NCBI GenBank assembly: GCA_963836755.1
Contig: CAWIKF010000002.1
Location: 1,888,001-1,952,000, forward strand
Direction of reading: 5' to 3'
Length of the DNA stretch: 64,000 nucleotides
Source of the DNA: an uncultured Verrucomicrobiae bacterium
GTDB lineage: Bacteria; Verrucomicrobiota; Verrucomicrobiia; Chthoniobacterales; Chthoniobacteraceae
The notes under the pieces: generated by a model
Told to the model about the DNA's origin: nothing
Database searches by the model: none
Seen by the model: the letters and a program-made list of their open reading frames with translations, nothing else
Shown here: piece after piece, positions 58,100 to 64,000 of the stretch
Position numbering within the stretch: position 1 is the stretch's first letter
Layout of the letters: each line of letters starts with the position of its first letter
Made by a program: the position numbers and the translations under genes

Positions 58100-59476
58100 C
58101 TATGAAACTGTCGGCAGAGTGGGTGAACGTTCAGCGAACGCAGCGTTAACGGCGTGAAATTTTGCGAGACACTCGATGAAGCCGGTCGCGAAGTCTTGCG
58201 GCCGCTTCTTGAGCCAGCGCTCGATCAAGTTGATCGGGAAAAATCCGCCGCATTCGATCTCCGCGCGGCTGAGCGCAAACGGGCCTTCATGCCGTGCGCG
58301 GTAAAGTTGCACGAATTCCCATCCGGTGTTCGCGCAGGCGGAAATTTTCGCAACGGATTCCAGCGGCGCGCTCACGCCGAGCTCCTCGATGATTTCGCGC
58401 GCCGCAGTCTCGTCGTAACTTTGACCCGCGTCGACATGCCCAGCCGCGCTCGAATCCCATTTCAGCGGATGCATGTCTTTGCGATGCGAACGCTTTTGCA
58501 AAAAGAGTTCGCCCGCGCGATTGAAGACAAAAATGTGGACGGCGCGGTGCCGAAGATTTTGTGTATGGACTTCGTGGCGCGTGGCGATGCGTTCCGCGCG
58601 ATCCGTTTCGTCGACGACATCAAACTGCTCGCGGTGCACGTCCTGCGCGGCTTCCGGCTCAGCGCGCGCCAGCAAATTCGTGAGCGCGATCCATTGCTCG
58701 AGTGAAAGTTCCTCTGCGCGTGCGGTCGCGGTCGCCCCAATCTGCGCGGCGAGCGGCGGCCAATTTTGCACGCGGTCGGCGAGCATTTTGTGAAGCTGTT
58801 TGCGACGTTGTGAGAAACCTTGTTTGACAATCGCTCGGAAGAGCGCGTCATCGCATTCCGGCAAGTCGCCGGCTCCGCGCGGCGTCAGACGCAGCACCGC
58901 CGATTCGACTTTCGGCGCAGGAAAAAAAACGTCGCCGGGCAGCGTGCGCAGATATTCCACGCGCCAGCGCCGTTGCACGAGGAGCGTGAGCGCGCCGTAA
59001 TCTTTGGTGCGCGGTTTTGCGGAGAGCCGTTCGGCAAATTCGCGCTGCGTGGTGATCAGGATGCAGCTGATCGGCGTCGGCTCGGCGGTGAAATGAAAAA
59101 GAACCGGGCTCGTAATGTTGTAAGGCAGGTTGCCGAGCAGCTTCACGGGCGCGTTTGGGAAAAGGCCGCGCGGATCAAAGTCCAGCGCGTCCTGCTGCCG
59201 CACTTCCACGCGATCGCTCGCAAAACGCGCGCTCAATGCATTCGCAAGACGGCGATCTTTTTCGATCAAAGTCGCGGAGCCGCAGCGCGCGAGGGCTGAT
59301 TCGGTGAGAGCTCCGAGGCCGGGGCCAATCTCCACGAGATGATCCTCCGGCGTGAGCGCGAGCTGCTCGACGATCCAGTTCGCGGCATTTTGATCGTGAA
59401 GAAAATTTTGCCCGAGACTTTTGCTCGGATGCAAATCGAGCGCGGCCAACTCCCGCCGGATTGCCGAAAGATTCAC
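58100..59476 (-). CDS. rsmA: 16S rRNA dimethyltransferase RsmA/KsgA fused to a C-terminal Nudix (Idi/YfcD-like) domain
   Basis: KSLGQNFL, EIGPGLG, GNLPYNIT, F.QRRKQL, RAEELS, then HRAVHIF..LQKRS..WDSSAAGHVDAGQSYDETAAREIIEELGV. Confidence 0.92.
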   Translation of the reverse strand: MNLSAIRRELAALDLHPSKSLGQNFLHDQNAANWIVEQLALTPEDHLVEIGPGLGALTESALARCGSATLIEKDRRLANALSARFASDRVEVRQQDALDFDPRGLFPNAPVKLLGNLPYNITSPVLFHFTAEPTPISCILITTQREFAERLSAKPRTKDYGALTLLVQRRWRVEYLRTLPGDVFFPAPKVESAVLRLTPRGAGDLPECDDALFRAIVKQGFSQRRKQLHKMLADRVQNWPPLAAQIGATATARAEELSLEQWIALTNLLARAEPEAAQDVHREQFDVVDETDRAERIATRHEVHTQNLRHRAVHIFVFNRAGELFLQKRSHRKDMHPLKWDSSAAGHVDAGQSYDETAAREIIEELGVSAPLESVAKISACANTGWEFVQLYRARHEGPFALSRAEIECGGFFPINLIERWLKKRPQDFATGFIECLAKFHAVNAAFAERSPTLPTVS

Positions 59477-60048
59477 TCGATGCGCGCGGGCGCGAGAAGC
59501 TTGGGTGAGGATTTTAATTTGCCGCGTTTGCGGAAAATCGCTCGCGCATCTTTCATCGAAACGCCTTCGATAAAGTAAGCCATCGCTGCTTTTCCAAGCG
59601 CGTAGGTGCCCGCGCCCGCGATCGCGCCGGAGACGGCGTTGCCCCAGCCGGGAACGAATTTCAGAACGGCGCGGGAACTTTCGCGCAGCACCAATCCGAC
59701 GCTGACATTGGTGCCAAGCGTGGCGATGAATTCCGCCGCGGCGCGCCGGCTGAGTGAGCGCCCGCTGACATACGCGATGCCGCAGACCATCGAGAACTGG
59801 ACGCTCGTCAGCAGCGGAAAATCAGCGAAGGGAATCGGCTCGAAACCAATCGTCGTGCATAGTGCCGCGCTCGTCTCGACGATGGTCCGCGAAGCTTCGA
59901 GTTTGACGGCCGGATCGTGCGAACGCCGCGCCGCATCGAGTTTTCCGTGCGAGAATAGGTCCCGCACCGCCCGCACATGATCGAGCACAGACCCGCGGAT
60001 CGCACCCGGCAGTTTATCGAGGAGTTTTTCGAGATGCGGAATTTTCAC
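59473..60048 (-). CDS. DUF697/YcjF-like membrane-associated protein
   Basis: PIPFADFPLL..VQ, KFVPGWGNAVSGAIAGAGTYALG. Confidence 0.78.
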   Translation of the reverse strand: MKIPHLEKLLDKLPGAIRGSVLDHVRAVRDLFSHGKLDAARRSHDPAVKLEASRTIVETSAALCTTIGFEPIPFADFPLLTSVQFSMVCGIAYVSGRSLSRRAAAEFIATLGTNVSVGLVLRESSRAVLKFVPGWGNAVSGAIAGAGTYALGKAAMAYFIEGVSMKDARAIFRKRGKLKSSPKLLAPARIE

Positions 60049-60143
60049 CTGTGGCTATTGCTCACGATTTTGGTCTGCCGCTTTTAAAAAAGCAGCCGCC
60101 AACTTTGATTTCAGAGGTTCACCGACGCGCAGCAAACGGCACG

Positions 60144-60515
60144 CTACCACCTGTAAACGTGATCGTGCCGATCGTGATCGTAACCGCCGGCGCGGTTCCG
60201 CAAATCGACCTCGATGTCGCTGAGCAAATCGGAGGCGTCAGAAGCAAGGTCCCTGAGCTTCCGCGGATCTGCATCGCGATCCTCAAGACCTCTTCGTAAC
60301 TTTTTCATCATATTGTCGAACCGCCCGATCTTGTCGTTGATCCGGACGTTGGCGCCGTAGCGGTCGCGCATGTCGAGCACATGATTGTAGCGGTCTTTCA
60401 GAACCTCGTATTGCCCGGCCGCCGCACGATAATCGTCGCTGCGGGGATGGTATGCCTGCGCGGGCGGGGCAAAAATCGGCAGCAGCACCACCAGGAGGAG
60501 AAGAAGTTTTTTCAT
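60144..60515 (-). CDS. Hypothetical secreted helical protein
   Basis: MKKLLLLLVVLLPIFAPPAQA signal peptide; His/Asp/Arg-rich tail. Confidence 0.72.
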   Translation of the reverse strand: MKKLLLLLVVLLPIFAPPAQAYHPRSDDYRAAAGQYEVLKDRYNHVLDMRDRYGANVRINDKIGRFDNMMKKLRRGLEDRDADPRKLRDLASDASDLLSDIEVDLRNRAGGYDHDRHDHVYRW

Positions 60516-60556
60516 GGTTTTATTTTGCAAGCAGACGGCGTGAAATCCAGTTTTAT

Positions 60557-61507
60557 TCAATTGCCCACGAGCGCCAGCCCGAGCCGAATCCATAGCGGCG
60601 CGGTGGCAATGGAAACGATGGTTGTGGCGAGCACAATCTGGAGTGCGATTTTCGGATCGCCGCCATAATGTTTCGAGATGATGACCGGCAGCATGCCCGC
60701 CGGCACCGCGGCCTGGACGACGATGATGTGCTTGAGCGCGAGCGAGCAGGGGAGCCACTTCGCGAGCGCGAGAAACAAAAGCGGGAGCACGCCGAGCCGC
60801 AGCATGCAAGCCATGGCGGCCATTGGCAGACCTCCGCGCGGATGCAGCTCCGCAACTTGATCGGAAAAAGTTGCGCCTGTTAAAATAAGCGCAAGCGGCA
60901 CGGCGCAACTGCCGAGCGAATGGACGCTGCCTAGAAAAATGTCCGGCAGCCACGTATTTGCGCGAACAAAGTTGAGCGCGACGAAAATCAAAATCGCGAT
61001 GACGGGCGGGCTGAAAATTTTCCGCAAATCGCGATGCGAGGAGGCGCCGGCAAGGATTAGGCTCGCGCCGAGCCAGAATGCGATTTCGACGCCGAGGTTG
61101 TGCGTGAAAAGCACACCCATTGTCTCTTTGTCAAACAACGCCTGCACCATTGGAATCCCGATGTAACCGTAATTATAAATGCCGACTCCAAAGCAAAAGG
61201 TGCGTGTTTTCGGGCCCGGCTCCAGCCGCAGCACCCGCGCGCCAAGCCACGCGCAGCCGAAGCCGAGGAAGCAGGTGAAAAATCCTACGAGCGGCGGCCA
61301 CGTCAGGTTTCCGATTTTTTCCAGCGACGGATTTCCAAGGATCGAATCGGCGATCAATGCCGGGATCAGCAGGTTGACCGTGAGCCGCAGCAAGCTGTGA
61401 TCAGCCTCCGCGGTCAGCCATCGGCAGCGACGGATGAAAAAGCCGGCGAGCACGATCGCGTAGACCGGCGCCACAGCGTTAAATATTGTTGCGTAACCGA
61501 AACTCAT
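60557..61507 (-). CDS. AEC (auxin efflux carrier)-family transporter
   Basis: NYGYIGIP, SPPVIA, AVPLALILTG, QAAVPAG, about 10 TM helices. Confidence 0.9.
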   Translation of the reverse strand: MSFGYATIFNAVAPVYAIVLAGFFIRRCRWLTAEADHSLLRLTVNLLIPALIADSILGNPSLEKIGNLTWPPLVGFFTCFLGFGCAWLGARVLRLEPGPKTRTFCFGVGIYNYGYIGIPMVQALFDKETMGVLFTHNLGVEIAFWLGASLILAGASSHRDLRKIFSPPVIAILIFVALNFVRANTWLPDIFLGSVHSLGSCAVPLALILTGATFSDQVAELHPRGGLPMAAMACMLRLGVLPLLFLALAKWLPCSLALKHIIVVQAAVPAGMLPVIISKHYGGDPKIALQIVLATTIVSIATAPLWIRLGLALVGN

Positions 61508-61568
61508 CGGCAATCGAGGAAACTGCGTCGTCGCGGCGACTTTTGCGACATCACGCCGCCGATGATGC

Positions 61569-62036
61569 TCAGCGTTTTTTAGGCTTCCCGAGCACAGGGA
61601 ATTTTTTTGAGAGCAGGTCGATGTCGTTCTGCGTGAGCCCGCTTCCGATCGTGATGATGCCGTCGCTCACTTTCTTGTCGATGAGCATGTCGATGACCTG
61701 CCGGCCATTGACCACGGCGATGATCGAGCTGCCGCGCCGGTCGGTGCTCACGGCCTCGAGATCGAAGGTGCCGTGTTCATTGAGTTTGAACGCGCAGCCC
61801 ATCGTGCCGTCGTTCGCGGGGAATGGATAGATCGAGCTGACGTCGCGCTCGCTGAGCGTGGGAATTTTTTCCACGAAAGCTTCTCGGGGCGGATTTTTCA
61901 AAGTCACCGGTGTTGAAAATGTGGAGGTGTCGCGCGCGTTCGCCTCGAGGAAAAAACGCACCGTCAGTGGCGGCTCTTTTTTTCCAGCAGCGACAAAGGC
62001 GAGAGCGAGCAACGGGAGCAAAAAGCGAGAGCGCAT
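61569..62036 (-). CDS. Hypothetical secreted protein (SecDF P1-head-like)
   Basis: Signal peptide; LSERDV..FKLNEHG..L...S...RG..I...VNG pattern. Confidence 0.55.
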   Translation of the reverse strand: MRSRFLLPLLALAFVAAGKKEPPLTVRFFLEANARDTSTFSTPVTLKNPPREAFVEKIPTLSERDVSSIYPFPANDGTMGCAFKLNEHGTFDLEAVSTDRRGSSIIAVVNGRQVIDMLIDKKVSDGIITIGSGLTQNDIDLLSKKFPVLGKPKKR

Positions 62037-62093
62037 GCAGCATTCTGTGCGGCGGCAAATGCGTTTGCAACCCGTGAAGGTGTCCGCTAGGAG

Positions 62094-62621
62094 ATGCGAA
62101 TGAGTCTTCGCTTCCTCGCTTCGGTTTTCGTCTGCCTGCTGCTGGTCACGCGCGCCGGGGCCTCAGGCAATGATGCCAAGAAACCGACGCTGCTCAGCCG
62201 CACGTTGCAGGCGATGCATCTCGGGCCGCATCCTGCATCCAGCGATGTGCATTCGAGTAATCTCACGCTCAGCATGGACCTCGCGCCGCAGCCGCTGAAG
62301 CTTTCTGAAGCGCGGCAGCTCAAGGTGACGCTCGAGCTCGCCAATCACTCGAAAAAGCATGTGCACCTGGAATTTCCGACCACGCAGCGGATCGAAGTCA
62401 TCGTCCGCAATCAGGCGGCGAAAACAATTGCACAGTGGTCGGAGGATCAGTCATTCACGGCCGAGCCCGGATACGTGACGGTGAACCCCGGCGAGCACAT
62501 TGAATACAGCGCGCTCATTTCCACACGCGACATGGCCGCGGGCCAGACCTACATCGTGGAAGGCTTTTTTCCGAACTTCACTCAGCTGAAGATTCAGAAG
62601 TCGATTGCGCCGCAGAAGTAG
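62094..62621 (+). CDS. Secreted BsuPI-like (proteinase inhibitor-related) Ig domain protein
   Basis: Signal peptide; VTLELAN...LEFPTTQRIEV...WSEDQSF...VNPGE. Confidence 0.7.
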   Translation: MRMSLRFLASVFVCLLLVTRAGASGNDAKKPTLLSRTLQAMHLGPHPASSDVHSSNLTLSMDLAPQPLKLSEARQLKVTLELANHSKKHVHLEFPTTQRIEVIVRNQAAKTIAQWSEDQSFTAEPGYVTVNPGEHIEYSALISTRDMAAGQTYIVEGFFPNFTQLKIQKSIAPQK

Positions 62622-63981
62622 ACGCCACGGGCGTTGCAGGCGCTTCGACCGTCTCGAGTTTTGCCTCGAGCGGCAACTCGAGCCGACCATTGTGAAACTC
62701 GATGATCCGGCCGGCATCGAGCAGCCAGCGCAGGTCCGTCGCGAGAGCCGCCTTGCGTTTCGCGGCTTCATCCGCGTCTTCGATTTTACCAAGAATCTCC
62801 GCGGCTAGTTCCGCGCGCGTGCATTTTGGAACGGTAATAACCATGCGTAAAATCTCCGCAATGTTTGGCGAAAAAGTTTTGTCCTTGAACGGCTCGGGCC
62901 GCGTGACGGAGATGAACTGGTTCCGTTTCCGATGTTTAAAGGAATGCAGGCCAAAGTGGACGAGCTGATGCCGCAAGTGAAACATCAGCTGAGCCGGAAA
63001 TCCGCGCTCTTTTTCCCACGCTTGACGCACCGCATTCGCGATCGCGCGGTCGGGGAGACTGCGGCTGGTTTCGCCCGGAATGTCAAAACTCATGCCACTG
63101 TGCACGAGCGCGTCTAAATGTGTGGTTCGAAAATGTTGCTCCGCCTCCGCAGCGGTCGCGAACTCAACCGGCGCGGCTTCATCGAGCGTTCGATATGACG
63201 TCACGCTCCGCGCCTCCTGCTTCCACGCTTCGACCGCTGCAGGGTCGTTCACCGTTTCGATTTCGCGCTGAAAATCTGAGAATGGCATGCGCCGACTGAA
63301 GCGCTCCTCGTAAAGTTTCCGCAGCGCCGGCTGAAACCCGTGATGGTTCGTCGGCCCGAGCCATGTGCCCGTCAATTTGCAGCGCGCGACGTTTGAAAAG
63401 TTTCCCTTGATCGGTTCGCGCTCCGTTTTTTCTTCCGCGTAAAATTTTGCGCGCATGATGTCGAACGCGGCTCGTTCCAGCGCGCCGCGCTGGAAGGCGA
63501 CCGGCCCATTTTCACCGAGTTGAAACAGCGGCGCTGTCGCATCCGTCGAGACAATGCGGACACGATGCCGCGAGGGCTTTTCCAAAAACATCCGCGCAAG
63601 ATCGTAAAGCGGATACGCGCGGCCCGTGCTCTTGATTTGATGCGCCACGCTTTCGACGAAAATCGCCTCGGGTAAAAATTCCACACGCACCGGCGCCGGC
63701 TTTTGCTCGACCGGTGGACGGGGTCCATCCTGGCGCGGAGGGCGGGATTTTTCATCGCGCGGCGGGCGCGGAAAATCCCGTTTTTGGCCCTGCGGTTTCG
63801 GACCGCGCTGCTCTTTGCGCCGCTGTCCTTGATCGCCTCGCGGCGGGCGCGGGCGTTCGCCAAAGTCGCGTCGCGGCCGCTCTTCGCGCACTTCGTAATC
63901 CGCATACGGATTTTTCACCGGCGTCTCCTTCAGCCAGTCCGGCATCAGCTTTAGATCGAAATCCGGCGGCGGCGTTTCCAT
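62578..63981 (-). CDS. Hypothetical protein
   Basis: 467-aa ORF with Arg/Pro-rich N-terminus, LGPTNHHGFQ, and a winged-helix-like DLRWLLDAGRIIEF end; 3' end overlaps the convergent gene by 44 bp. Confidence 0.8.
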   Translation of the reverse strand: METPPPDFDLKLMPDWLKETPVKNPYADYEVREERPRRDFGERPRPPRGDQGQRRKEQRGPKPQGQKRDFPRPPRDEKSRPPRQDGPRPPVEQKPAPVRVEFLPEAIFVESVAHQIKSTGRAYPLYDLARMFLEKPSRHRVRIVSTDATAPLFQLGENGPVAFQRGALERAAFDIMRAKFYAEEKTEREPIKGNFSNVARCKLTGTWLGPTNHHGFQPALRKLYEERFSRRMPFSDFQREIETVNDPAAVEAWKQEARSVTSYRTLDEAAPVEFATAAEAEQHFRTTHLDALVHSGMSFDIPGETSRSLPDRAIANAVRQAWEKERGFPAQLMFHLRHQLVHFGLHSFKHRKRNQFISVTRPEPFKDKTFSPNIAEILRMVITVPKCTRAELAAEILGKIEDADEAAKRKAALATDLRWLLDAGRIIEFHNGRLELPLEAKLETVEAPATPVASTSAAQSTSESSAE

Positions 63982-64000
63982 GCGGAGGCTAATAAATCGC

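Overview
GC-rich bacterial chromosomal segment, most likely Verrucomicrobia (Chthoniobacterales/Spartobacteria-like). The lineage is inferred from a VPEP-type PEP-CTERM protein with passenger-associated repeats and from the protein styles. Most of the window is housekeeping: pyrG (partial), phoH/7TM-HD/ybeY/clpS, LPS heptose/Kdo genes, hisS, recF, pyrR/pyrB/pyrC, mrp, rpoN, can, ohr, tag, gyrA, two bactofilins, an rsmA-Nudix fusion, tRNA-fMet and tRNA-Lys. There are three accessory blocks. (1) Three small orphan genes beside tRNA-fMet with att-like remnants. (2) An 11-22.6 kb block with a hybrid kinase, a 12x21-bp tandem array, a PEP-CTERM protein and two secreted GH130-like enzymes. (3) A tightly packed 9-gene operon (37.6-47.1 kb). 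The operon reads as a complete L-galactose -> L-galactonate -> D-tagaturonate -> D-fructuronate -> D-mannonate -> D-gluconate -> 6-phosphogluconate route. It would use a LarA-family (nickel-pincer) 2-epimerase in place of UxuA and, by elimination, a cyclase-family metallohydrolase as a new type of lactonase. All family calls come from motif recognition by eye; no database searches were run.
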